Shown here: positions 38,195 through 51,561 of the stretch, in pieces
Position numbering within the stretch: position 1 is the stretch's first letter
Layout of the letters: each line of letters begins with the position of its first letter
Source of the DNA: Lytechinus pictus
Taxonomy: Eukaryota
Direction: 5' to 3'
DNA: 64,000 bases
Assembly: GCF_037042905.1 (NCBI RefSeq)
Contig: NC_087252.1
Coordinates: forward strand, 22,384,001-22,448,000
Position numbers and translations under genes: made by a program
The notes under the pieces: model-generated
The model's input: the letters and a program-made list of their open reading frames with translations, nothing else
Told to the model about the DNA's origin: nothing
The model's database searches: none

Positions 38195-38290
38195 CATGGA
38201 CCTGGCCTGGGAGGATTATCTATTGGGGGTGCTGAGCATTGTCACAGCACCCCAGTAAAAATAGAATAATCCTTCGTGGACAGGTCCCTG
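38195..38290. mobile_element. 96-bp hAT-like MITE
   Basis: catggacctg...caggtccctg flanked by the perfect 8-bp TSD AGACTATG. Confidence 0.75.
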
Positions 38291-39499
38291 AGACTATGAC
38301 ATGCAAAGTGCCTCAAAATTTGAAAATTATAATCTTACGTAATCAATCATAACTAAGTTGAAATTATATTGCAAAACAAGTGGGATAAATCATTCAAAAA
38401 TAATTGTATGGCATAGTAATCATGTTGGTAAAACGCCTCAAAACCAATCATATCGAAATATCAAAACAATTGAATTGATAAAGATCCTACTGCATCAGGC
38501 CATCCATAACTGGACTCGTATTCGCTGTCTTCAGACCCTTAATATTAACATTTTGATAAATTCTAGATCAATCTCTAATTTATGCATAAAATTTGTCGAA
38601 TTGTATGTTTGAGACTCAGTATCTAAAGATTTAAACAATGTACCAGTATGTTACACTATATGTTGACGATATTTTGAATCATAAAAAAATCATATAATTA
38701 TCATCCATTTACAAAGAAAACTTTTGTGGTTTACTTCCGCAGGGGTACCGTACCAGTCTCAACATTCACAAGTAGATCTACAGTACAACTGATTTTTTAG
38801 TCATGAAATGAATATTCATAATTTCATTTTATCAGCAATTGAATGCTCAATTCTTCATAGTTTAAGTATTTATGGTGCATATTTTGCCTCAGCTTTTTTT
38901 TAATTAGATGTATCTCCAAATTCATCACAAATATTTGCAGTTTGATAATAATTCTGCTTTGAAAATTATGCTGTTTTGAACGTAGTCGTTTGTAGACAGG
39001 AATAATCGTCGTTTCTGGGAATTTATTTAACAATTTCTGACATTTTACTATCATCCCCATTCACCGACGGTAGTGTGTTACTGTTAGTGCGAGTTAATTA
39101 ATTAATTAATTATTAACTTATGTTTGGCATGTATGGAAAGAGAAAATTTAGGGGCTTCTTTTGACAGTAAACTAAGGACAAGTTTATAGGATTATTTGAA
39201 ATGAGGATTTAGAGATAAATTGCAAACCCTTATTTGTGTGTGTGTTGAGATTGCCATTTCCCCATGCGTTTTCTATGGGAAAATGAAATTTTTGTTTTGC
39301 ACAAATTTTTTCACTTTGTCGCAATTTTTCATAGTGATCTGATTTCCAAATCTTTATAAAAATCATACCATCAGAAAGAGCATAAAAATTCCTATTAGGC
39401 ACTTTATGGACAAGTTTTTGGCATAACTAATAAATTTATTAAAACAGCTCTCGGACTCGGAAGCTAAAAATTTGGATTTGTGTGTGTCCATTTCTTAAC

Positions 39500-41451
39500 C
39501 AAGGCTCCACATTATCTTTTTTTGGTGGTGGCCCATTCGGGCCACCAAAACCTTCAAATAATTTTTTTTGGTGGCCCGATATTAAAGTTTGGTGGCCCGA
39601 AAAATATAAAGAAAAACATTAACAAGTGGAATGCCTCTGGCCGTCTCACCTGCATCACGCGATTCAATATAGCAGCAGTGCTGATTTTGAAAACTACTAT
39701 AACTCGCACAAGATGTTCAGTGATACTTGGTTACTCGTATTTCCACGTTTTATGAACTAGACCAATACACTTATAGAGATATGATGGCAATTCAACAAAT
39801 ACCCCCAACGTGGCCAAAGTTCTTTGACCTTACATGACCTTTGACCTTGATCATGTGACCTGAAACTCGCACAGGATGTTCAGTGATACTTGATTACTCT
39901 TATGTCCAAGTTTTATGAACTAGACCAACACACTTTCAAATTTATGGCTGTAATTCAACAAATACCCCAATTTGGCCAAAGTTCATTGACCCTAAATGAC
40001 CTTTGACCTTGATCATGTGACCTGAAACTTGCACAGGATGTTCAGTAATACTTGATTACTATTATGTCCAAGTTTCATGAATCAGATCCATAAACTTTCA
40101 AAGTTATGATGGTAATTCAACAGATACCCCCAATTCGGCCAAAGTTCATTGACCCTAAATGACCTTTGACCTTGGTCATGTGACGTGAAACTCATGCAGG
40201 ATGTTCAGTGATACTTGATTAACCTTATGTGTAAGTTTCATGAACTAGGTCCATATATTTTCTAAGTTATGATGGCATTTCAAAAACTTAACCTTAGGTT
40301 AAGATTTTGATGTTGATTCCCCCAACATGGTCTAAGTTCATTGACCCTAAATGACCTTTGACCTTGGTCATGTGACATGAAACTCAGGCAGGATGTTCAG
40401 TAATACTTGATTAACCTTATGGCCAAGTTTCATGAACTAGGTCCATATACTTTCTAAGTTATGCTGTCATTTCAAAAACTTAACCTCAGGTTAAGATTTG
40501 GTGTTGACGCCGCCGCCGCCGTCGCCGTCGGAAAAGCGGCGCCTATAGTCTCACTCTGCTATGCAGGTGAGACAAAAATGAATGAATGGGTATAAATGGT
40601 TTAACCACTGTCAAAAAAAAATGAAAGAAATAAATAAAACGGCAAAAAAAAGTGTGAGAAAATTCCTTCCCTAAATTTGCCAAAATGTTGGAAAAATTCA
40701 CATTTCATATTAATGAAATGCCTTCCCAAAGTATTTACTTTCTCAAGAGTTGTTTAAGAAGTCATTTATAAACAAGAAAGAAACTGTTTATTTTTGGCTA
40801 GAAAAGACCGGAAAAGACACAGCTTCGAAAGAAACCAAGTAACAACATACATACAAATGCACATGTGGGACTGTAATGTACTCGCCTATGTGTTTTTATG
40901 TGTATTATTTTCATTTGGAAATCGGTCTTTTTGAGTCAAAAGAGAGGTCATGATTCCTCTTTTTAATGCTTGCAAATAATCAGGATACACCAGATATTAG
41001 CAAAAAGGTCTGTAGAAGGGCATTTCATTGGTGTAAAATGTGACTTCGACTTGGATTTTCACAGTTCTGTGGAAGATTTCTTAGCAGCAACATTTCGTAT
41101 TGCAGCTCCCTGAGTCTGAATAGGCTGCTAACGCACAGCTGCTTCAAGCATGCAAAGCTCACGCCAGCCGGCCGGCGCGGCCGGCTGGATAAAAGCTACT
41201 TAATGCTATAGCGGTAGGCCAACTTTGTGTGTGTGTTTGTGTGTAGATCAACAAAAAGGGCGCATGACGAACTGGCTTGCAATTTGAACTATAGAAAGTT
41301 GATAAATGCGTGCAAAATGGGGAGAAAAATTGCGCTATTCTGAAAATTATTGGTTGCCCGATTTGGGCCACCAAAACTTAATATTTTTTCAATAATGGTT
41401 GCCCGAGGTGAATTTCTGGTGGCCCCGGGCCACCGCTAATGTCGAGCCTTG
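39500..41451. mobile_element. Non-autonomous DNA transposon (CAAGG termini, 7-bp TSD; P-like by inference)
   Basis: caaggctccacatta / taatgtcgagccttg, TSD TCTTAAC on both sides, sub-terminal ggtggccc..gggccacc palindromes. Confidence 0.7.
39622..40574 (+). mobile_element. HINE/Helentron-like element, second copy (nested in 39500-41451)
   Basis: Same structure as 34417-35430. Confidence 0.8.
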
Positions 41452-41461
41452 TCTTAACTAC

Positions 41462-41930
41462 CAGTAGAGGCGCACGGCCAATATGGGAGACTCTCTCCAA
41501 TAGGGGAGACAGTCAATCTCCCACATTGGAGACTTGCTTTGCAAAAGGACAAAAGAAACAACACCAACAAAAGCATGATTTTTTCCACACAAAATTTGGT
41601 CTCACTGAGGTCAGAAGCCCATTTGTTTTGTGTGTGATTGACAACAAAAATCCTTATCAAAACAAAAGTAGACGGTGAATTTTTAAAGTAGACGGTCAAA
41701 AGAGGTAATTTTTCATGAGGAATCTGCTTATCACATTTTTATTTGCCGCCAAGGTAATCCTTTTGGAGCAAATGTAAACAAAGGAAATTGGAATCCAAAA
41801 CTGGAGACTGTCTCTAAAATTGGATACCAAAATTCCTTACAAAAGTCTCTGAGTCTGATAATATTTGGAGATAATCTCCAACATTGGACTTTGGAGATAG
41901 TCTCCAAATATTGGCCATGCGCCTCTACTG
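41462..41930. mobile_element. Non-autonomous DNA transposon with TIRs of about 30 bp and a 5-bp TSD
   Basis: cagtagaggcgcacggccaatat / atattggccatgcgcctctactg; TSD ACTAC at 41457-41461 and 41931-41935. Confidence 0.8.
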
Positions 41931-42488
41931 ACTACACAGTCTAATAATATGGCAGGGAAATGCTGAAAATTCTTTTTTGCAGCCAATAATTGGATTTAAA
42001 CAAAAAATGTTATATTTCTGTCAGTCTGATGCCTGGTTATTTCTCTTCAAATTCACAAAGAATAACTGATATTTTCTTGAAATAAGAAAAAAAAAAATTC
42101 TCCAGTCCAGACACCCTAAAAGGCCTAATTCTAATCTTAGTTCTACCGATGCCGATGGTATCGATATCATTCATGGGATCCTAATTAGGAAGTCCTTCAT
42201 GAAACAGTTTAGTAAAATTGGAACTAACTCTGTGGTTGGTGCCTTGGTGGATAAAGATGACTAACTTGTCCAGGACCAGGTGTTGAGAAACGGGCCCCAG
42301 GTCCAGGAGGCCGGAGGCTAGGCACAGCCGCTGCGGGACATCCCGGCGGGAGTATGGACTGGGCCGCGTCGGTAATCAGTCACCACCGAACCCGACAGGC
42401 GCGCGACACCCAACTTTACTCGATTAAAATAAATAAAAATATATACTCTAAAGCCGAAATCAAGAGAAATTCTAATAAATTTACGTAC

Positions 42489-42650
42489 CAGTGGATTCGA
42501 TCTTAGGGACTGATGCAGTTGTCTTTTGATTTAGGAGGGAAATATTTATGACTGAATAGAATACAACGAGAATTTTCTGGCTGATGTTGAAGCGGATCGA
42601 TCGAGCCCAGATTCGAGACAGTTCGACTTACAGGCTAAGCACATTTGAGC
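42489..42650 (-). promoter_or_regulatory. Probable non-coding first exon / promoter of the PAF-AH gene
   Basis: Donor CTG|gtacgt at 42488-42487 on the minus strand next to CpG-rich 42300-42420. Coding exon 1 has an upstream acceptor that needs a 5'UTR exon. The upstream boundary is a guess. Confidence 0.4.
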
Positions 42651-45461
42651 AACGCCCAACTTAATTCGACCTCTACCAGAGTCGAGTCGACAATAACTGG
42701 GGCTCATATAATTATACAGAACGAATCTCTAATAATTATGTGTACAATACATAGGATAAATTCCAATCATTGGCAGTGCGAGCCTGTAATTCCGGGTCTC
42801 TTCTTTTAGAGTTATTTGTGAAAAGTACTACTTTTAGAGACATGCACAATTAGTCGAGTTCAATAGGAACCCACTGCCAACGATTAAGAAAAAGGGGAGA
42901 GAAAAAAAAAGGGGGTAAAATATAACTACTACCTTAATAATATTATGTCAAAATATATCACAAACCGATATTTTTGTATTTTTGCGAGATCACTTGATTC
43001 TCTCGCTCGCAGGTTATACATCCCTGACTTGACAGTGTTCACTCCGTCGAAATTTTGGTTTTCATTGAAAGAACTTTATATAGCTTTAAACTTTGTTATA
43101 GCTATAAATCATAGAAAAGTACTTCTACCCTTTGTTTCTTTTGTATCCAACGCGCAGAATTTCCTAATTTTGAAGAGATTGGTTCCAAAAGTGGCTAAAT
43201 AATATGAGCGCAAAGCACAAATTGAAGTTTTTGATATAGGCCTCCTGACTGAGGGCAGATTTGGCAAGCCTCGAGAAGAGAACTGGTGGGTGTCTAAACA
43301 TGCTAAAGGGGGTTAGAAGTCTACCAATGGAGATTTTCGTCATGAAGGAGAATTAAGTTCACCCTGAAGCTGAAAGTTCGTTGTAAAATCCAGTGCAGAA
43401 AACTTTATTAAAAAATGCCTGGTGAAGGTTTAAGGAAAATCCATTAAAGGTTAAGAAAGTTATTAGAATTATAAGTTTTTTTATTTTTGGCTGTTGCATC
43501 GGTGTACTTAGTGTAATTATTAATTATTGAATATTTTCAGTGTGCATTTTAACTCGGTGGCCCCTTTTTATAAGCTCTGCTTTCTCCGGGGTCACCAAAC
43601 CATCTTTCTGTTTTTGCTATATATATTATGTTTGTACTTGTATATGATTATCAATATTGGTATGTATATTGGTATGAATTCAAATTGAATTGTGACATCA
43701 AAAAAGAGCAGCTGCCCCATATGTTATGTAATATAATATGCATAAATTTCAGTCAATTTTGTTATGATCGTCACGGCGACTTATTTTTGTTTTCATTTTA
43801 GAAACGGATGTGAAATAATTTGTTTATTGATATATTACATAATAATGTACAGTAAAAAATCACTTTCAATTTTCTGAGAAAATTACATTTAATTGATATT
43901 TTTACAATATGCATTGAAGCTACTCGCATATGACGTCAGAAATCAACTTAGATTTTGATAACTTTTTTTTTTATTCTTTGATGGATATGTTTTCAAACCT
44001 TCGGCCATTATTTTTTTTTTACTATTTTCACAATTCAATTCAATTCAATTCGGTTTATTATGAAAGACATTGTAAAACAGTCCGAAGACTGAACTGAATG
44101 AACTTTACAATGAACTTTTTGTCACTTTGAATTTAACGTTTAAGGATTACAGGGACCGTCATGAAGAGGATATAAGTATAGACGCGGCCGGAAGCGGGAG
44201 GAGGGCGTTGGGGCACTTTTCCCTCCCCAATAAAAAAAATTGGGAGGCAAATCAAGTTGCCCCCATCTGCCCCTTAATATTGAAAAAAAAATAACAAATA
44301 ACTAAACCTAAAATAATCAATGACGACACTAGTCTTGTCTTGTTTTTAATTGCCCTGGACGTGGCAAGTTATACTATTATAAAAGTAAATTCAATGAATG
44401 ATGGTAGCCTCGCGTCCATCGACGAGAATGTCCCAAAGCCCCCGTTAAAAATATATACCATACCATACCATACCATGGCTCTTTATTTTTCATTTTATTC
44501 TAAGTTTATGGTCACATGTGAACAACTTTACCTCTGATGGACTATAGAATATCCACAAAATGTCTCTTTTTGATCTTTCATTATGTGATACAAACTATTT
44601 TAACCATAATGTATTATTTGAAAATCTATTATACTACATGCCCTCCTATAGAAAGAATATATCTACTGATTAATACAACAGTAACAGGAAAGTTGTTCAC
44701 AAGTAACATTACACATCTTTGTCGCGTTGCTAATGGGAGGATCTCCATATAGCTAGAGTGATCGCCGCAATATTCAATATGTTACTTGTCCAATTTTTCT
44801 CAAACTTTCGTTGATTATGTTTCTTTGACTTTTCTGTTTTCACACAAGGTATCTTGTTCCAAATGTTTCATTTTCCTTTGAGTTCCATTGCATTTTGAGT
44901 AGATTTATTATCTCACTTGTCTGAACAGACAAGCGAGCGCAAATCGCACAATGAGTGAATTTCTATTTTTTAATGAACTTACTGATTTTTTTTTTACATT
45001 TTCCTATTATTTCCATCCCCTCGTCCTTAATTATATTATTAATTTCTCCCCTCTTCTTATCTTTTTCTTCTTATTTTTTTTTCTCTAGTCCTTCCCTTCC
45101 CATTTTTTCCTCCTTCGGGAGGCCTCTTCCCCCGAATCTCTATCGCTACTCCCCCTTCGGTTATGATATTTGCTCCGGCGACAATCGCTCCGCTGTAAAT
45201 TCCACACACTATAACGGAATTACCCATTTCATACTGATTCAACACTAAATACCCTATTCTAAACGTAACCATAAACCAAGGATAAAACTCTACAGCAATT
45301 AACGTACCCTAACCCTTATATGATATTGGACGAATTAAAGCCCAGAGCAATTGTCGCCGGAGCGAATGTCGTGTCACCCCTCCCCCCCCCCCCTGCCCCC
45401 GTCATGTACAGACAGGGGCGTCGATCCATTTTTCAGATTGGGGGGGGGGGCGGCCGGCCGT

Positions 45462-46926
45462 ACATCCACCACTGATCTATCATTCGCTATCCACCATTGG
45501 TGGATGTATGGTAGATCAGTGGTGGATGTATGGTAGGTCAATAGTGGACAGTGAATGGTAGGTCATTGGTGGATGAATGGTAGGTCAATGGTGGATAGTG
45601 AATGGTATGTCAATGGTGGATGTATGGTATACAAATAGCGAATAGGCATAAGTGCGATGGTGCGAGATTTCGCATGAGGTGAAAGAAAGATGCTCTATTC
45701 AACGAGGCGTGAGCCGAGTTGAATAGAGCGTTTCTTTCTTTCACCGAATGCGAAATCTCGCACCACTGCACGAATAAGAATATTCGCTATATGTGTTGTA
45801 CAACGCCTCAGAATTTAGCGAAAATATGAAAAAACAAGAGTTTTTTCCTGCAGTAATCTATGAAAAGGGAGCAAAAATACCGAAAGCAGAAAGCAAAATC
45901 CCGCAAGCGCACATGACCTTGGGCAGCCTTGCGCATTTAGCCAGCTGGCTTATACGCGTATCGTTCATTTTTACCGAGCGCAATGAATTAAATCGTATTG
46001 TGACGTCACCTCCTAAAGCCGTGCAACGGTACATTTTGGATGGTACGTCTTTTGTGCAACGGTACGAATGTTTGACATTCAGCCTCCCATTTGCTCGCGT
46101 ACAACAAGCTAAGTAGGCATTGTACAATAGGTCAATAGTGGATAGTGAATGGTAGGTCATTGGTGGATGTATGGTATAGCTAGGTCAATGGTGGATAGTG
46201 AATGGTATGTCAATGGTGGATGTATGGTAGGTCAATGGTGGATAATGAATGGTAGATCAATGGTGGATGTATGGTAGGTCAATGGTGGATAGTGAATGGT
46301 AGGTCAATGGTGGATGTATGGTAGGTCAATGGTGAATAGTGAATGGTAGGTCAATGGTGGATGTGTGGTAGGTCAATGGTGGATATTTAGTGGTAGGTCA
46401 ATGGTGGATGTATGGTAGGTCAATGGTACATGTATGGTATGTCAATGGTGGATTGTGAATGGTAGGTCAATGGTGGATGTGTGGTAGGTCAATGGTGGAT
46501 ATTTAGTGGTAGGTCAATGGTGGATGTATGGTAGGTCAATGGTACATGTATGGTATGTCAATGGTGGATTGTGAATGGTAAATCAGTGGTGGGTGTATGG
46601 TAGACCAATGGTGGATAACGAATGGTCGATCAATGGTGGATGTATGGTATACCAATGAAACACCATTCAGCCACCACTGGTATGCAAATTAGGTTACTCA
46701 ATGGTGCCCTACCATTGGACCACCATTGGACTACCATTGGACTACCATTGGGCTACCATTGGATATGCAAATGAGCGTCTAAAAAAATTAAATTAGTTGC
46801 AATGGTGTTTCAATGGTGTGTTTTTTTTGTGCTTCAATGGTGTTGTGGTTTGTGTTGGTTGAATGGTAATCCATTGGTAGCATCAATGGTAGCTCAATGG
46901 TATACCATTGGAAATTTTCTGTAAGG
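45462..46926. repeat. 22/24-bp minisatellite (ggtaggtcaatggtggatgtat / ...gatagtgaat), interrupted by an insertion
   Basis: Alternating unit variants at about 45495-45630 and 46128-46650, with accattgg sub-repeats at the end. Confidence 0.85.
45630..46127. mobile_element. Hairpin-bearing non-autonomous element (Crypton-like by inference) inserted in the minisatellite
   Basis: Palindrome of about 160 nt centred on ctattcaacgaggcgtgagccgagttgaatag; tacaa(a)tag at both ends. Confidence 0.5.
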
Positions 46927-47084
46927 GGGGGGGGGCAAAATATTAATCATGAATCAACAATCCAAAGCGCTCGATCACACAAAACGAACAAACTCACCCC
47001 ACACACACACACCTATATTATATATGTGCATATATATATATATATATATACTCATGAGAAAGAGACACATATCTCACCAACAAA

Positions 47085-47560
47085 TTAATGCGAGCGCGAA
47101 GCGCGAGCTGATTTTTTTTAGTATACTGACATGAAAACAGGAAAAAGGTACCTGTTTAGGACTGTTTGTATAACTCATGAGGATAGATACATGTATGTCA
47201 TTACACAGATAATGCAAGTGCCGAGAGCGAGCTGAAATTTATTTATATTTTAACTTGAAAGCATGATATTCTAAGTATTTTTTGTTTTAATGATTAAGAT
47301 GGGTATCCAAAAGAAAATAGATGCGAGCGCGAAGCGCGAGCTGAAAATTTTGATATTTCGATCTGAAAAAAATGACAGTATGGACGTTTTTGATAAATAA
47401 CAAGATATATATACAACAAAAGATTATTGCAAATCGAAGCGGGAGTTTTTTTTAGGTTAAGAACTGAAAACGGGACATTTTATTCACCTATTTAATCATG
47501 AAAAGTATTGGTTTTTGCTACAGAAATGATGCGAGCGCGAAGCGCGCGCTGAAATTTTTT
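47085..47560 (+). repeat. Dispersed tandem repeat with the gcgagcgcgaagcgcgagctga hairpin motif
   Basis: Motif at about 47090, 47323 and 47531, plus a variant near 47215. Confidence 0.7.
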
Positions 47561-49017
47561 TTAATTTCAATCTGAAAAGCGGTCATTTTGAGCACGATTT
47601 TAAATAAAGAACGAGTTGGTATCTCAATCTCGCTTGCTGATTTCTGTGTAACATTACAATTTTTTTTATTTTTGCACATGTGGAATTATTGGAGTGAGAG
47701 GGGGAAACGATATGTTTGCCCCCCCCCCCAATATTTTCATTGTTGGGGCGATCGCCCCCTGCCCCCAAGGATCGACGCCTCTGTGTACAGACTGTTGGTT
47801 TTAATTTGCTTGTCCTTGTCTGGGGCTGTATTGGCTGTTGTTGTTTCTCCAAGAATGAATGTCGTATCCACAATGATCATCGGTTTTTTGTTTTTTATTT
47901 ATTTTCATTTTTTGCGAAATGCTGGAAAGGACAAGCCGAACCCGAATTTTAAGCTTGGCGACCTGACAGCATGCACGCACACACAATGATGAATGCAATC
48001 AACTATGATCATCGATCCCCATATGGTTCAACGCAATGAACTTTATGTTACAGGGCGCCGATCGGGTAAACACTGAGATTTAAAGGATAAGCCCTGCATG
48101 GAAACGAAACAAACAATATTATTGATAGTTTTAGAAAAAAATGAACGATTCATATTTTAAGAAAGTTAATTATGATAATTTTATCTTTAACGATGTGAAC
48201 ATCCCCCAATTAATCATATAAATGCGACAAAGTGTGATGCCACAGACTTTTCTACATATTTTATTTTTAGGACAAGCTAGTCCACCCCAACAAAAAAGAT
48301 GATTTGAAAAAAAAAGGATAAAAATCCAATAAGCATGACAAGGAGAATTTTATCAAAATCAGATGTAAAATAAGAAAGTTGACATTTCAAGGTTTCGATA
48401 GAATTACAAGAGCAGACTTTATTCTTTAATAAGTATTCTCAAAAGTACTTTAGGTCATTACGTGCTTGATAAAACTATTCGGCAGGCCTACTCGAAGTAT
48501 ATTGTGGGAGGCTTAGTCCTAGGTCAGATATCGCTTTTGGTCATTTTTCATTTCTATTGATATTGTCCAGTATTAAAATTCCTCTGGGTCAGTTTAGTTG
48601 AGGTGAACTTGATATATTATCCCATAATGAACTGATTATAATTATATAGCCCATGATATTTGATTTCAACGTTAAAAAAAATACAGGAGCGGATTCTGTA
48701 TTTCCATAATTTCCATAAGGGATTGGGGGACTCAAAATGTTATCCCCACCGGCTAATCGAAAAGCTAAAATTCGAGGAAGTAGTCCGAAATATGATGCAA
48801 ATGAATTGCTCATCATTCTCTTATCATTCAATTTTAATTTATGAAATAATGAAAGCGCGAAACACGAGCTCAAATGCTATTCATGTAGGCTATTACATAG
48901 ACGTCACAAAAGTATATTGACGTGACAACGAATCGACATGTTAATTTCAAATTTATCTCACGAAATATTTCTCCTTTTTTTTTCTTTTGTTATGCGGCAC
49001 CAAGAGGATGGGGCCTA

Positions 49018-49275
49018 GTGGAGCGTTGTAGCCCAGTGGATTAGTCTCCGGACTTTAAAACAGAGGGTCATGGGTTCAAATCCCAGCCATGGCGTAGTTT
49101 CCTTCAGCAAGTAATTTATCCACATTGTGCTGCGCTCAACCCAGGTGAGGTGAATGGGTACCTGGCAGGAATGTATTCCTTGAAATGCGCGTGCGTTGTA
49201 ATCTTAGTAATTACAGCTGCCAAGCTACAGCTGGGGTAATAATATCCAAGTCCTTTGGAAGCGCATAGAGACATT
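49018..49275 (+). mobile_element. tRNA-derived SINE
   Basis: A-box tagcccagtgg, B-box ggttcaaatcc, core ...ctcaacccaggtgaggtgaatgggtacc. Confidence 0.85.
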
Positions 49276-49379
49276 ATTCAGGCTTTGAGAAAGTATAGTG
49301 GAATTATTTATCAGAGGTTGGTCTGGCAATTACTATTTTTCCCGAGGGGCGAAGCCCAGAGGGAAATATATATTAGTTA

Positions 49380-49665
49380 TTGCAACTTTTGCAATTGTGT
49401 AACACATTTTTTGTTACTAGAATCGTACACTACATCAGCATTATCAAAAATAGGAAGAATAATTGATTGGTAGATACATTTCAAGCTAGCCCCATTAAAA
49501 CTGTGTCGAAGACGGCCCAAAAAACTTACGAGTTTGCTCACCTTTTCAGTCAAGTATTCAATATGTTTGTCCCATTTTAACTGCTGATCAATAACCACTC
49601 CAAGATATTTAGCACTTTCTTTAGGTTGAATCCACTTTCCCTGTATGCTTATTTGAAGTGGTGAA
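49380..49665 (-). mobile_element. CR1/L2-type LINE reverse-transcriptase fragment
   Basis: AKYLGVVIDQQLKWDKHIEYL...IYQSIILPIFDNADVVYD is typical of the non-LTR RT C-terminal region. Confidence 0.85.
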
Positions 49666-50607
49666 CATAAAAAGCAACCAAAAAAAAAGAGGAAAGAGAG
49701 AGATGAAAAAAAAGATAAAAAGAAAGAAAGAATGAATGAATGAAAGAAGGAGAAAAGTAAAAGAAAGAAAGAAGAACAAAGAAAAAAGGAAAGAAAGAAC
49801 GAGAGAGAGAGTCTGAGAGAGAAAGAGAGAGACAATAATGGAAATACGTCAGAAAAATAATATCGTATGATCGCTTTCTAGACTTTTCTTTTCCCCCTTA
49901 ATTGTAGGCCTATAGCTTCCATTGATTCACACCTGAAAAGATTACAAAAGGAGACAAAATTAATCCATATTTTCTATAAAACGTATATTTTGAATGCGCT
50001 TAGACAATTATTGTAGCGTGAATTCAGGCCTGCCTATTCCGAATTTAAGTTACTGTTTAATCCATCCTAGCTCCATTTAAAAATTGGTTCTCTGTTCCCT
50101 CCATCACGTTGAGAAGGATCGCGGAGGAATTACAATTCTTTAGAGGACACCACTTCAACTTGGAGTTCGATCACACCAGGTAAGGCTGTTGGTCTGGTAA
50201 ATTAATTGCCAATTCGTCTACTGCCAACTCGTCCACTCACCATTTGGTCTACTTTTATTTAGTCTACTGCCATCCCGTCCATCAACATTTCGTCTAACAA
50301 CCTTTTGGTCCTATATCATCACTTCGTCGAAGTGCACAATTTCGTCTATGACCATTGGTCTAATATCCATTTCCTTTTCATTCATTTTGCACAATTTAAC
50401 ACTTGGTACAATTGGAAATAAATATGGACTAAATGGCTATTGAACCAACTGGTTATTAGACGGAATGTGCATTAGACTAAAAGAAAATAGACCATGTGGT
50501 GAGTGGACGGTCTGATGGTATACCAAATGATAGTAGACGAGTATGCAATTGGGACGAATTGGCATTAGACGAATTGGAAATAAACCGTTTATCTTATATG
50601 CGCTTTA

Positions 50608-51484
50608 ATCTAGGGTTACACCGGAACCGAATCCATCCGGATACACGTATTCGGGTGGTTTCGGGAGTATTCTGTTCTCCCTCCGCGAATGCAAAAAAAA
50701 ATCTGGAGGGATTCGGAAACATTCCCTGAGGAATTCGGCTAGTTTTGAAATGTTTAAAACCAGCCAAATACCCTCCAAAATACTCCGGAATGTGACCACA
50801 ACAAATTAAATTCGGGCTACAAACGGGATGTAATCGGATGATATCGGTTGGATTAGGGGAGGCATTCGGAGTATTCTAGTGCAGATTCGTACCTATATTT
50901 GAGTAAAGGAGGACCGATAAGGCAAAAATACGAGTTCGACGCATTGGGCCATATCGTTCCGATTCGGATCAATTTTCGGGTCGTCATTCCGCTGTAATCG
51001 GAGAGATCGGGTCACATTCGGCTTTATTCTGGCCATCTTTGTCTCGATTCTTAATTTGCCACTATGCGGGTGACATTCGGATTTATTCGGGACGGCCAAA
51101 ATCGAGTCGGGTAGATTCTTGGTTATTATGCGCTGAATCGGGACCTATTCTCTATTCGGGGAGCTTCCCCGAAGCAGAGACGAAAATGTTCCGAATCAGG
51201 TCGTTTATTCTTCAAAATCAGTCCGATTTTTTTCGGGAGAAGTCGGTTTTGATGTACTAAACTAGCTTAAGTTAGCGGCCGATTCTCCTGAAAGCCATAG
51301 GGTTAAACCGGAGCCGAATCAGCAGCGAATTCGGGAGTATTCTGTTCTCCCTCCGCGAAGGCGAGGTAAACTAGGAGGGATTCGGGAACAATCGAATCAC
51401 CGAAACCATACAAATCAGGCCGTATTCGGGCAGAATAGATCCGAATCTATTCGGGAGAATTCGGTTTTGGTGTAACCCTAGCTT
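50608..51484. mobile_element. MITE-like element(s) with agggttacaccgg termini (compound)
   Basis: ctagggttacaccggaaccgaat / attcggttttggtgtaaccctag; the 5' end recurs near 51295, and another copy starts near 63905. Confidence 0.7.
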
Positions 51485-51561
51485 TACGTGCAGCAAAGGT
51501 CTTTATTAAATTCTGAACCAAAGTTGATAACAGCGTTGGGCACTACTATGCTCGTTTTATT

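Larger units (their letters stand above)
36722..42320. mobile_element. Nested transposon stack; the outer element is a palindromic MITE of about 120 bp split by insertions
   Basis: Outer termini tggcctggagg / ccggaggcta with flanks TGCACAGC / GGCACAGC. Second-level TIRs ggggccccgtttctcaacacc (36825) / ggtgttgagaaacgggcccc (ending 42298). Confidence 0.65.
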
